Positions 18,553 to 27,765 of a DNA stretch of 64,000 nucleotides are shown here, in pieces; the first letter of the stretch is position 1; every line of letters starts with the position of its first letter. A model generated the notes under the pieces. That model did not search any database, was not told the DNA's origin, and saw nothing but the letters and a program-made list of their open reading frames with translations. Made by a program: the position numbers and the translations under genes. The stretch spans positions 4,000-67,999 of the forward strand of contig JBKPTE010000018.1 of NCBI GenBank assembly GCA_046735335.1. Reading direction: 5' to 3'. This DNA is from Acidobacteriota bacterium. Lineage in GTDB: Bacteria; Acidobacteriota; Vicinamibacteria; Vicinamibacterales; 2-12-FULL-66-21.

Positions 18553-20423
18553 TGACCCCATCCGCGATGCGGACGTCCCTGCGTGTCGCGCTGGCTGTCG
18601 GTGTGATTGCAGCAGCCTCTGTGACCGGTAGTTGTCAGAAGCAGACGCTCGACACCTCGCGGCCCGGATCCGCGCGGGCCCTCAACGGCAAGCTCAGCGA
18701 GCCCGATCTCCTCAAGGCCCAGGCTGACGATGGGCAGTGGGTGATGCCCGCGAAGAACTACGCGTCCACCCGATTCAGCGGTCTCGAGGAGATCAATACC
18801 GGCAACGTCCGCCAGATGGGTGTCGCGTGGACCTTCTCGACGGGCATGGTCGCCGGCCACGAAGCCGCCCCCCTCGTCGTCGGCGACACGATGTATCTCG
18901 TGACGCCGTTCCCCAACATTGTTTACGCGTTCGATCTGACGAAGCCCGGCGCGCCGCTTCGATGGCAGTACGACCCGAAGCCGCTCGGCGCGTCGAAGGG
19001 CGTGGCGTGCTGCGACGTGGTCAGCCGCGGCGTCGCGTACTTCAACGGCAGCGTGTTCCTCAACACGCTCGACGGACGAACGATCGCGATCGACGCGCAG
19101 ACGGGTCAGCCCAAGTGGATCACGCCCCTTGCGGACATCAACAAGGGGGAGACCATCACGATGGCGCCGCTCGTCGTCAAGGGCAAGGTCCTCGTCGGCA
19201 ACAGCGGGGGGGAGTTCGGTGTCCGGGGATGGCTGACCGCGCTCGACGCCGACTCGGGGAAGGTCGCGTGGCGCGCATACAGCACAGGTCCCGACAAGGA
19301 CGTCCTGATTGGACCGTCCTTCAAGCCGCACTATGACCAGTACCGCGGAAAGGATCTGGGGCTTTCGACCTGGCCCGGCGAAGCGTGGCGTATCGGCGGC
19401 GGCACCGTGTGGGGGTGGATCAGCTTCGACCCGGATCTCAATCTCATCTACTACGGCACGGCGAACCCCGGGCCGTGGAATGCCGATCAGCGCCCCGGAG
19501 ACAACCTGTGGACGGCCGGCATGTTCGCGCGCGATCCCGATACCGGCGAGGCTCGATGGTTCTATCAAACGAGCCCGCACGATCTGTTCGATCACGACGG
19601 CGTCAACGAGGTGATCCTGGCGGATCTGCAGATGGGCGGTCAGACTCGGAAAGTGCTGATGCGCGCGGATCGCAACGGGCTCTTCTACGTCATCGATCGC
19701 ACGACCGGTGAAGTGCTCTCGGCGACGCCGTACGGCTACGTGAACTCGAATCGCGGCGTCGACATGAAGACCGGCAAGCTGATTCCTGTTCCAGAAAAGG
19801 CCGTCAAGCAAGGCGTCGTCACGCGCGACATCTGCCCGGCCGCGCCCGGCATGAAGGACTGGCAGCCGATGTCGTTCTCCCCGCGGACGGGTTACGTCTA
19901 CATCCCGCATCAGAACCTGTGCATGGACTCGGAAGGCATGTCCGCCAGCTACATTGCGGGCACGCCCTACGTCGGTGCGAGCGTGGTGTACAAGGCCGGG
20001 CCGGGCGGAAATCGCGGAGAAATGTCGGCGTGGGATCCCGTTGCAGCCAAGCCGGTATGGGCCGTCAAAGAGAATTTTCCCGTCTGGAGTGGATCACTCG
20101 CCACCGCGGGGGACGTTGTCTTCTACGGGACGATGGATGGATGGTTCAAGGCGCTCAACGCGAAGACGGGCGATCTGTTGTGGCAGTTCAAGGTGGGCTC
20201 CGGCGTCATCGGTCAGCCCGTCGCGTACAAAGGCCCTGACGGCCACGAGTACATCGCCGTGCTCGCCGGCGTCGGGGGATGGCCGGGCGCGATCGTCACT
20301 GCCGATCTCGACGTGCGCGATGCCACGGCCGCCAACGGCTGGGGAGGCGCGCTCGGCGATCTGAAGTCCGCGACGACTCGCGGCGGCATCCTGTACGTGT
20401 TCTCCATCGGAGGGACGCACTGA
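18552..20423 (+). CDS. xoxF: PQQ-dependent methanol/alcohol dehydrogenase, lanthanide (XoxF) type; start 18552 or 18567
   Basis: ACCDVV vicinal disulfide, GGEFGVRG, GTANPGPWN, D-H-D-G motif with the extra Ln-binding Asp; no mxaI; followed by J and cytochrome c genes. Confidence 0.85.
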   Translation: MTPSAMRTSLRVALAVGVIAAASVTGSCQKQTLDTSRPGSARALNGKLSEPDLLKAQADDGQWVMPAKNYASTRFSGLEEINTGNVRQMGVAWTFSTGMVAGHEAAPLVVGDTMYLVTPFPNIVYAFDLTKPGAPLRWQYDPKPLGASKGVACCDVVSRGVAYFNGSVFLNTLDGRTIAIDAQTGQPKWITPLADINKGETITMAPLVVKGKVLVGNSGGEFGVRGWLTALDADSGKVAWRAYSTGPDKDVLIGPSFKPHYDQYRGKDLGLSTWPGEAWRIGGGTVWGWISFDPDLNLIYYGTANPGPWNADQRPGDNLWTAGMFARDPDTGEARWFYQTSPHDLFDHDGVNEVILADLQMGGQTRKVLMRADRNGLFYVIDRTTGEVLSATPYGYVNSNRGVDMKTGKLIPVPEKAVKQGVVTRDICPAAPGMKDWQPMSFSPRTGYVYIPHQNLCMDSEGMSASYIAGTPYVGASVVYKAGPGGNRGEMSAWDPVAAKPVWAVKENFPVWSGSLATAGDVVFYGTMDGWFKALNAKTGDLLWQFKVGSGVIGQPVAYKGPDGHEYIAVLAGVGGWPGAIVTADLDVRDATAANGWGGALGDLKSATTRGGILYVFSIGGTH

Positions 20424-21244
20424 TGCTGCGCGGTGCCGCGTGGGCCGTGCTCGTCGCTCTCGGCGTCACCGCCTGCGGCGGGGCCGCACCCGCGCCCGCA
20501 TTCCGCGTCTGCGCCGACCCAAACAACCTGCCCTACTCCAATCGCGACGGCCAGGGCTTCGAGAACCGGATCGCACAGCTTCTCGCAGACGACAGCGGGG
20601 GAACCGTCGAGTACACCTGGTGGGCGCAGCGGCGCGGATTCCTTCGGAACACGCTCGCCGCCGATTCGTGCGACATCGTCATCGGCATGCCCACGTCCGC
20701 CGAGCGCGTCTTGACGACGCGTCCGTACTATCGATCGAGCTACGTCTTCGTCGACCGGCGCGAGCGCGGGCTGCAGCTCGCCTCGCTCGACGATCCGCGC
20801 CTCCGCCGCCTGAAGATCGGCGTGCAGATGATCGGCGACGACTTCACGAACAGTCCTCCCGCGCACGCGCTCTCGAATCGCGGGCTCGTGAACAACGTCG
20901 TCGGGTTTCCGGTGTACGGCGACTACTCGCAGCCGGCGCCGCTCGCCGGGATCGTGAGCGCGGTCGATCGAGGCGATATCGATGCCGCGATCGTCTGGGG
21001 CCCGCCGGCAGGGTATTTCGCAAAGTCGAGCCACAACCCGCTCGAGGTGACGCCCGTGTCGCCGCACGCCGACGCGCCGTCGCTCCCCTTCGTGTTCGAC
21101 ATCTCCATGGCCGTCCGCCCGGACGATCGCGCGCGCCGCGATCGGCTCGACGAGTTCATCGTCCGGCGTCGCGCCGACATCGACTCCATCCTGGACGCTT
21201 ACGGCGTTCCTCGGGTCGATGCGCGACAGGAGACAGCGCAGTGA
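20423..21244 (+). CDS. xoxJ: XoxJ/MxaJ-like periplasmic binding protein
   Basis: RVCADPNNLPYSN...GFEN, WWAQRRGF, TRPYYRSSYVF, WGPPAGYF. Confidence 0.85.
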   Translation: MLRGAAWAVLVALGVTACGGAAPAPAFRVCADPNNLPYSNRDGQGFENRIAQLLADDSGGTVEYTWWAQRRGFLRNTLAADSCDIVIGMPTSAERVLTTRPYYRSSYVFVDRRERGLQLASLDDPRLRRLKIGVQMIGDDFTNSPPAHALSNRGLVNNVVGFPVYGDYSQPAPLAGIVSAVDRGDIDAAIVWGPPAGYFAKSSHNPLEVTPVSPHADAPSLPFVFDISMAVRPDDRARRDRLDEFIVRRRADIDSILDAYGVPRVDARQETAQ

Positions 21245-21771
21245 AGCGAATCGTCGTATGCGTGGCGTTTGCGATCGCTGCGACAGCGTGCGAACGCGAA
21301 GCGCGCCGCTATCACGAGCTGCCTGCCGCGGCGAACCGGGAGACTGCCGTGCGCGTCACGTCGCTTCAGCCCGGATCGCCGGAGCAGCAGGCCGAGGTGA
21401 AGAGCCCCTATCAAGGGAACGCGTGGGGCATGGGCGAAGGGAAACGCCTGTATTCGCAGTTCAACTGCGCCGGCTGTCATGGCCTGAACGGCGGCGGCGC
21501 GATCGGTCCGGCGCTGATGGACGACAAGTGGATCTACGGCAGCAGGCCGGACCAGATCTACGCAACGATCTCGCAGGGCCGGCCGGACGGGATGCCGGCG
21601 TTCGGCGGACACATTCCGGCCCAGCAGATCTGGCAGCTCGTCGCGTACGTCGAATCGATGGGCGGCCTGGTGAATCCGAAGAATGCGCCGGGCAGGAACG
21701 ACGATCAGAGCGCAGCCCTCTCCGAGAACCGTCAGGCGCCGCAGAACCCGGTCCAGACGGGGCACCGCTGA
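21241..21771 (+). CDS. c-type cytochrome, XoxG-like electron acceptor
   Basis: NCAGCH heme motif, GPALMDDKWIYG, GMPAF; GTG overlaps xoxJ stop. Confidence 0.85.
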   Translation: MKRIVVCVAFAIAATACEREARRYHELPAAANRETAVRVTSLQPGSPEQQAEVKSPYQGNAWGMGEGKRLYSQFNCAGCHGLNGGGAIGPALMDDKWIYGSRPDQIYATISQGRPDGMPAFGGHIPAQQIWQLVAYVESMGGLVNPKNAPGRNDDQSAALSENRQAPQNPVQTGHR

Positions 21772-22709
21772 TGCCGCACATCCAGTCGGTCCTCTCTCCG
21801 TCGGGCATTCAGGCGGCGCGCATCAACCATGTGTGGTGGGTGATGCTGATCGTCTGCACGGTCGTGTGGGTGCTCGTCGCGGGGGCGACGCTGCTCGCGG
21901 TCGCTCGCGGGCGAAAGGCCGCGTCCACGGCAACCGACGGACAACTGACGTTCATCGTGGGCATCGCCGCCGCTGTCACGATCGTCGTCTTGATCGGCCT
22001 GCTGTTCGACACAATCGTCATCGGCCGCTCGCTCGAAACGATTCGTACGGCCGACGCGCTCCGGATCCAGGTCAAGGGGTACCAGTGGTGGTGGGACGTC
22101 CAGTACGAGAATCCTGTTGCCGGCCTTCGCGTCACGACCGCAAACGAACTGCACATCCCTGTCGGCCGGCCGGTCGCGATCGACCTGCTCTCGTCCGACG
22201 TGATCCACAGCTTCTGGGTGCCGAACCTGCAGGGAAAGATCGATCTGGTGCCGGGGCGCAAGAACGAGCTGTGGCTTCAGGCCGACAAGCCCGGAATCTA
22301 TCGCGGCCAGTGCGCTGAATACTGCGGGGCTCAGCACGCGCACATGGCGCTCCTGGTGACCGCGGAATCCGAAGAACAGTTTCAGCGCTGGCTCACCGCG
22401 AATCGCGCGAGCGCTCCCCCCCCGCAGACGCCGGAACAGGTCCGCGGGCGCGACGTCGTCGAGCGCGGGCCCTGTGCGATGTGCCACGCCGTGCAAGGCA
22501 CATCCGCCGGGGCGCATATGGGGCCGGATCTCACGCACGTCGCATCGCGCAGCACGCTCGGCGCGGGAACGGTGCCGAACACGCGCGGATACCTCGCCGG
22601 CTGGATCATGGATCCGCAGCACATCAAGCCGGGCAATCACATGCCGCCCACGGGCCTCGGCGACGAGGAACTGCAGGCCGTCCTCGCGTATCTGGAGACG
22701 TTGAAATGA
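21771..22709 (+). CDS. coxB: cytochrome c oxidase subunit II with fused cytochrome c (caa3-like)
   Basis: GYQWWW, DVIHSF, CAEYCGAQHAHM CuA motif, C-terminal CAMCH. Confidence 0.93.
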   Translation: MPHIQSVLSPSGIQAARINHVWWVMLIVCTVVWVLVAGATLLAVARGRKAASTATDGQLTFIVGIAAAVTIVVLIGLLFDTIVIGRSLETIRTADALRIQVKGYQWWWDVQYENPVAGLRVTTANELHIPVGRPVAIDLLSSDVIHSFWVPNLQGKIDLVPGRKNELWLQADKPGIYRGQCAEYCGAQHAHMALLVTAESEEQFQRWLTANRASAPPPQTPEQVRGRDVVERGPCAMCHAVQGTSAGAHMGPDLTHVASRSTLGAGTVPNTRGYLAGWIMDPQHIKPGNHMPPTGLGDEELQAVLAYLETLK

Positions 22710-24715
22710 GCGTACGTCCGGAGGCGTACGACAAGTCGCATCTGAGCGGCCGGCCGGTTCTGGTCGAAGACGACCCGCGCCTTCAGGCGGATGCGCTCGC
22801 GCGCGAGCACGCGGAGCTGTCGCGCACGTGGGCGTGCGCGCGCGGGTTCGTCGGCTGGCTCTCGGAAGTCGATCACAAGGCGATTGGCCGCCGCTTCCTC
22901 GTGACGGCGTTCGTCTGGTTCGTGCTCGGCGGCTTCCTCGCCGCCGCAATGCGGATCCAGCTCTCGCGGCCCGACAACACCTTTCTCGGCCCCGATCTCT
23001 ACAACCAGATCTTCACCATGCACGGCACGACGATGATGTTCCTGTTCGCCGTGCCGGTGATGCTGGCGATGGGGATCTATCTGGTGCCGCTGATGGTCGG
23101 CGCCAGGGCGATCGCGCTGCCACGGCTGGTCGCCTACGGGTACTGGATGTTCCTGTTTGGCGGGATCTTTCTCTATACGATGTTCGCCATCAACACCGGC
23201 CCCGACAACGGCTGGTTCAGCTACGTGCCGCTCGCCGGTCCCGAGTTCGGCTACGGCAAGCGGGCGGACACCTGGGCGCAGCTCATCACGTTCAGCGAGC
23301 TGTCCTCGCTCGTGATTGCGACCGCGCTCATCTGCACCATCTTCAAGCTGCGCACGCCGGGCATGTCGCTCAACCGGATGCCGCTCTTCGTGTGGTCGAT
23401 GCTCGTCGTGTCGATCATGATCCTCTTCGCGATGCCCGCGGTGATGGTCTCAAGCACGTCCCTCATCCTGGATCGGCTCATCGGCACGCATTTCTTCAAT
23501 CAGGCCGAAGGCGGCGACCCGATCCTCTGGCAGCACCTCTTCTGGTTCTTCGGGCACCCGGAGGTCTACATCATCTTCCTCCCGGCGCTCGGGATGATGT
23601 CGCACATCATCTCGACGTTCACCGGACGGCCGGTGTTCGGGTACCTCGCGCTGGTGCTGTCGCTCATCGCGACGGCGTTCATCGGGTTCGGCGTCTGGGT
23701 CCATCACATGTTCGCGACGGGGCTGCCGCAGCTCGGCACCAGCTTCTTCACGGCCGCGAGCATCATGATCGTGGTGCCGACCGGCATCCAGACGTTCTGC
23801 TGGATCGCGACCGTCTGGACCGCGCGGCGCCTCCGCCTCACCACGCCGATGCTGTACGTCCTGTCGTGGTTCTTCATCTTCATCATCGGCGGGCTCACCG
23901 GCGTGATGCTCGCCTCGGTTCCGCTCGATCGCCAGGTTCACGACACCTTCTTCGTCGTCGCACACTTTCATTACGTCCTCATCGGAGGATCGATCTTTCC
24001 CCTCCTCGGCGCCGTTCACTTCTGGTTCCCGAAATTCACGGGACGGATGCTCAGCGAAGCGCTCGGGAAGACCGCGTTCTGGCTGCTTTTCGTGGGATTC
24101 AACCTGACCTTCTTCCCGATGCACCTGCTCGGCCTCGAAGGCATGCCGCGGCGGGTCTACACATACCCGACGGCCATGGGTTGGGGCGGCATGAACCTGC
24201 TCGCGAGCATCGGGGCCGCGGTCATGGCGGTCTCGCTCATCCTCTATTTGATCAACGTGATCGTCAGCCTGCGCGCCGGCGCGCTGGCCGGCGACAATCC
24301 GTGGGCGTCCGGAACGCTGGAATGGGGTACGACATCTCCCCCACCGCCGTTCAATTTCGCGCCGCAGCCGGCCGTCGCGGGGCACGAGCCGCTGTGGTCC
24401 CCCGAGCTCGCGCCGCCGCCGGTGATTGGCCTCGCGACGGACAAGCGCGAGGTGCTCGTCACCTATCTGCTCGACGCCGAACCCGATCATCGCTACGAGA
24501 TGCCCGGCCCGTCCATCTGGCCGCTGCTCGCCGCGATCGCGACCACCGTGCTTTTCATCTGGTCGATCTTCTCCGCGTGGGGCGCCGTTTGGGGCGCCAT
24601 TCCGGTGTTCGTCACGCTCGTCGGGTGGTTCTGGCCGCGAGACGGCATGAAGCCCCGCGAGATGGAGCGCGTCGCCGGCGCCGGCCGGCTGACGCCCACG
24701 GAGATCACGTCGTGA
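22706..24715 (+). CDS. coxA: heme-copper oxidase subunit I
   Basis: TMHG, GHPEVY, WVHHM, VAHFHY, GMPRR. Confidence 0.95.
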   Translation: MSVRPEAYDKSHLSGRPVLVEDDPRLQADALAREHAELSRTWACARGFVGWLSEVDHKAIGRRFLVTAFVWFVLGGFLAAAMRIQLSRPDNTFLGPDLYNQIFTMHGTTMMFLFAVPVMLAMGIYLVPLMVGARAIALPRLVAYGYWMFLFGGIFLYTMFAINTGPDNGWFSYVPLAGPEFGYGKRADTWAQLITFSELSSLVIATALICTIFKLRTPGMSLNRMPLFVWSMLVVSIMILFAMPAVMVSSTSLILDRLIGTHFFNQAEGGDPILWQHLFWFFGHPEVYIIFLPALGMMSHIISTFTGRPVFGYLALVLSLIATAFIGFGVWVHHMFATGLPQLGTSFFTAASIMIVVPTGIQTFCWIATVWTARRLRLTTPMLYVLSWFFIFIIGGLTGVMLASVPLDRQVHDTFFVVAHFHYVLIGGSIFPLLGAVHFWFPKFTGRMLSEALGKTAFWLLFVGFNLTFFPMHLLGLEGMPRRVYTYPTAMGWGGMNLLASIGAAVMAVSLILYLINVIVSLRAGALAGDNPWASGTLEWGTTSPPPPFNFAPQPAVAGHEPLWSPELAPPPVIGLATDKREVLVTYLLDAEPDHRYEMPGPSIWPLLAAIATTVLFIWSIFSAWGAVWGAIPVFVTLVGWFWPRDGMKPREMERVAGAGRLTPTEITS

Positions 24716-25311
24716 CCCGCGCCGCGCTCGACGTCTCGCAGCTTCCCGAATACGCCTTCGGCCAGCGCAGCCTGATGTGGTGGGCGACCATGTGCCTGAT
24801 CGCAATCGAGGGCACGGCGTTCGGGCTGCTGATCGTGACGTACTTGTATCTGAAGGGGCGCGTGCCGCACTGGCCTCCCGGCCTCGGCAATCCGGCCTTG
24901 CGCTGGGGAACGCTGAATCTGATCGTGCTGCTCGCGTCCGCGGTGCCCAACGAACTCACGAAGAAGGCCGCGGAGCGGCTCGACCTTCGAGGCGTCCAGC
25001 TCTGGATCGCCATCTCCATCGCGTTCGCGGTTGCGTTCAACGTCATTCGTTTCGTCGAGTTCGGCGCGTTGAACACCAGATGGGACACCAACGCCTACGG
25101 CTCCATCGTCTGGTTCCTTCTCGGCACTCACACGGTCCACGTCCTGACGGATCTGCTCGATACGTTCGTGCTCGCCGCCGTGATGTTCGTGGGACCGGTG
25201 GACGAGCACCGGTTCGTCGACGTCAGCGAGAACTCCATGTACTGGTACTTCGTCGTGCTGACGTGGATCCCGATCTATGCCGTCATCTACCTTGCGCCGC
25301 GATTCGTCTGA
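24712..25311 (+). CDS. coxC: heme-copper oxidase subunit III
   Basis: AIEGTAF, YGSIVWFLLGTHTVHV, YWYFV. Confidence 0.88.
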   Translation: MTRAALDVSQLPEYAFGQRSLMWWATMCLIAIEGTAFGLLIVTYLYLKGRVPHWPPGLGNPALRWGTLNLIVLLASAVPNELTKKAAERLDLRGVQLWIAISIAFAVAFNVIRFVEFGALNTRWDTNAYGSIVWFLLGTHTVHVLTDLLDTFVLAAVMFVGPVDEHRFVDVSENSMYWYFVVLTWIPIYAVIYLAPRFV

Positions 25312-25675
25312 GTGGTCGCACGCCGGGAAGCTGACGCCGCTCTGGATCGGCGTCCTCGCGGGTCCGCTGATGTGGGCGGTGCTGCTCGAGACGAACTACG
25401 TGCTCTCGTACGTGGCGTGCGAGCAGCGGCACAAATGGATGCTCCACCTCGCCACCGCGATCGCGATTCTCGTCGTCGCGGCCGCCGGCTTGCTCGCGTG
25501 GCGTGCCGCGCCGCCGCTGGGCGGCGGCACGGAGGAACCCACCGCCGACAGGGACCGAACCCGGCTGCTTCGAGCACGATTCATGGGGCTCGGCGCCGTG
25601 CTGCTCTCGGCATGGTTCATCCTCGTCATGCTGTCGACCGAGATCGTCATTTCGATCCTCGAGGTGTGCGCGTGA
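25277..25675 (+). CDS. small membrane protein in the oxidase operon
   Basis: three hydrophobic segments; overlaps both neighbours. Confidence 0.7.
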   Translation: MPSSTLRRDSSEWSHAGKLTPLWIGVLAGPLMWAVLLETNYVLSYVACEQRHKWMLHLATAIAILVVAAAGLLAWRAAPPLGGGTEEPTADRDRTRLLRARFMGLGAVLLSAWFILVMLSTEIVISILEVCA

Positions 25676-26610
25676 GCGCGCGCCGGCCCGCGGCAACGAT
25701 CGCCGGAATGCTGCTGTTGACGGCACCGGTTCTGGCGCACGACGGTCACGAGCTTGCCGCAGAAGCAATCCGCCAGTGGACGTTCGATCCGCTCGTTATC
25801 GTTCCGCTCATCGTGACCGCAGCGTTGTATGCCGTTGGCGTCGTGCGGTTGCGGCAGCATCCCGGCGCCCGCCGGGGCCTGCCCTCGTGGCGGATCGCGT
25901 CGTTTGCCGCCGGGTGGCTCACGATCGTTCTGGCACTCGTGTCCCCCGTCGCGTGGCTGTCGGAGATTCTTTTCTCCGTTCACATGACGCAGCACACGCT
26001 GCTCATGCTGGTCGCGGCACCGCTGATGATGTTCGGGCACCCGCTCTTCGTGTGGCTCTGGGCGTTCGACGCGCACGCGCGCGAGCAGATCTGCGCGGCC
26101 GTGCTGCGCCGTTCGGTGCGAAGCGCATGGCATGCGGTTACCGGCCCGCTCAGCGTGTTCCTGATCAACGCGGTCGCGTTGTGGATCTGGCACCTTCCCG
26201 TGCTGTACCAGACAGCGCTCCGCCACACGGGCGTCCACGCCCTCGAGCATCTCTCGTTCCTGCTCGCCGCGTCACTCTTCTGGTGGGGCATGGTGCACGG
26301 CCGCTACGGACGGATCGGGTACGGGCTCGGCGTGTTGTACGTGTTCCTGACCGGCGTGCACAGCAGCGCCCTGGGCGCGCTGCTCACGATATCCCCGTCG
26401 GTGTGGTACGGCGACTACGCCCGGCAGGCTGCACTCTGGCGGATCGACGCGCTTGCCGATCAGCAGCTTGCGGGGCTGCTGATGTGGATTCCGGCTGGCG
26501 TCATCTTCATGATCTTCGGGCTGGCGCTGTTCGCAGCATGGCTCGGCGAATCGGAGCGCCGCGTCATGCTGGGGCGCACGGAAGCGGTTCGGCGGCATCA
26601 TGCGCGCTGA
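25672..26610 (+). CDS. ctaG: caa3-type CtaG cytochrome c oxidase assembly factor
   Basis: FSVHMTQH, WIWHLP, HALEH, DQQLAGLLMWIP. Confidence 0.88.
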   Translation: MSARRPAATIAGMLLLTAPVLAHDGHELAAEAIRQWTFDPLVIVPLIVTAALYAVGVVRLRQHPGARRGLPSWRIASFAAGWLTIVLALVSPVAWLSEILFSVHMTQHTLLMLVAAPLMMFGHPLFVWLWAFDAHAREQICAAVLRRSVRSAWHAVTGPLSVFLINAVALWIWHLPVLYQTALRHTGVHALEHLSFLLAASLFWWGMVHGRYGRIGYGLGVLYVFLTGVHSSALGALLTISPSVWYGDYARQAALWRIDALADQQLAGLLMWIPAGVIFMIFGLALFAAWLGESERRVMLGRTEAVRRHHAR

Positions 26611-26980
26611 CGCGGCCGCTTTGATCGCCGTGTTCACCGCGCTTGCCGCCTGCGCCGCGCCGCGCGAGGACATTCGGACGTCGGCGATTACACTGACCGG
26701 CGGGGATCCCGATCGGGGCAAGGCAGCGATCACCAGATACGGCTGCCCGAGCTGCCACAACATTCCTGGCGTCCCCGGCGCGACTGCGACCGTCGGGCCG
26801 CCGCTCGACAACATCGCCGTCCGATCGGTGCTCGGGGGCCACCTCACGAACACGCCGGACAACATGGAGCGCTGGATTCAGAAGCCGCAGGAGGTGGACC
26901 CGAAGAACGTCATGCCGGATATGAGTGTGACGGACCAGGATGCGAAGGATATTGTGGCGTTTCTGTATACCTTGCGGTGA
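26600..26980 (+). CDS. c-type cytochrome (lipoprotein)
   Basis: LAAC lipobox, GCPSCH, GPPL, MPD. Confidence 0.88.
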   Translation: MRADAAALIAVFTALAACAAPREDIRTSAITLTGGDPDRGKAAITRYGCPSCHNIPGVPGATATVGPPLDNIAVRSVLGGHLTNTPDNMERWIQKPQEVDPKNVMPDMSVTDQDAKDIVAFLYTLR

Positions 26981-26981
26981 T

Positions 26982-27068
26982 GGTTCACGGGGTTCACAGG
27001 GTTCAAAGTTCGGGGCCGGGTTCTCCAGGTTCTAGGTTCTAGGTTCTAGAGGTTCTAGGTTCCGGTTC
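26982..27068. repeat. GGTTC(T/A) short tandem array between convergent genes
   Basis: about 11 GGTTC/AGGTTCT-like units. Confidence 0.75.
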
Positions 27069-27507
27069 AGCGTTCACGATCGAATGAGACGAGCGTGGAG
27101 CGCTGAGCGATCAGAAGGGCCCGAATCGCGCGGGCCACCTGGGATGGCAGGCACGGACGCGGCAGGCACGCGTCGGCGCCCGCCGCGCGAGCGCGAAGCG
27201 TTTCCTCTTCCGGCCTTCCGCTCAACGCGATGATGGGAATATCCGCGGTGCGCGGGTGCGCCTTGAGCTGACGGATCGTCTCGAAGCCATCGACGCCGGG
27301 AACGCCGAGGTCGAGGACGATGATGTCGGGGCCGCTGACCTGCGCTTCGGTCGGAATGCCGCGCTCGTCGGCCGCCACGATCACGTGCAGTCCGCAGAAC
27401 TCCAGATACTCGCGGTACAGGGCCCTGACGTCGCGCTCGTGGTCGATGACGAGCACGACCGCGGACGCATCGGGCGTGAATGGCGGCGGATCGGGGACGA
27501 AGCGCAC
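27067..27507 (-). CDS. stand-alone CheY-like response regulator (start uncertain)
   Basis: VLVIDHE, PDIIVLDL, DGFETIRQLK, IPIIALS; conserved KP is RP here. Confidence 0.8.
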   Translation of the reverse strand: MRFVPDPPPFTPDASAVVLVIDHERDVRALYREYLEFCGLHVIVAADERGIPTEAQVSGPDIIVLDLGVPGVDGFETIRQLKAHPRTADIPIIALSGRPEEETLRARAAGADACLPRPCLPSQVARAIRALLIAQRSTLVSFDRER

Positions 27508-27518
27508 ATACCGCGAAA

Positions 27519-27534
27519 TGCCGCCCCCGTGCCA
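27519..27534 (-). promoter_or_regulatory. sigma54-like promoter of the receiver protein
   Basis: minus strand TGGCAC-GGGGG-CGGCA, 12 nt before GTG at 27507. Confidence 0.4.
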
Positions 27535-27619
27535 ACCGCCCATGCATGATGTTCAGCGGGATTAACGGAGAGTTTGCGGCCTGGGTTCACCGCAGAATTG
27601 TGGCGAGAATTGCAATTCT

Positions 27620-27765
27620 GGCCGCAGACTCACGCGGACTCAGTTGGCCGCAGACTCACGCGGACTCACGCGGATTCAGTTGGCCCCAGACTCAGGCCGC
27701 GGACGACGCGGACTCACGCGGAATCATTCAGGCCGCGGACGACGCGGGACGCGGACTAACGCAGA
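27620..27765. repeat. degenerate 9-10-mer array (CGCGGACTCA / CGCAGACTCA)
   Basis: about a dozen related units with higher-order duplication. Confidence 0.8.

Noticed and set aside
18552..20423. Calcium-dependent mxaF
   Set aside because: Has D-x-D rather than D-x-A and lacks mxaI and mxa accessory genes
27620..27765. CRISPR or small repeat-protein ORFs
   Set aside because: Degenerate 9-10-mer tandem units with no unique spacers; the ORFs are translations of the repeat
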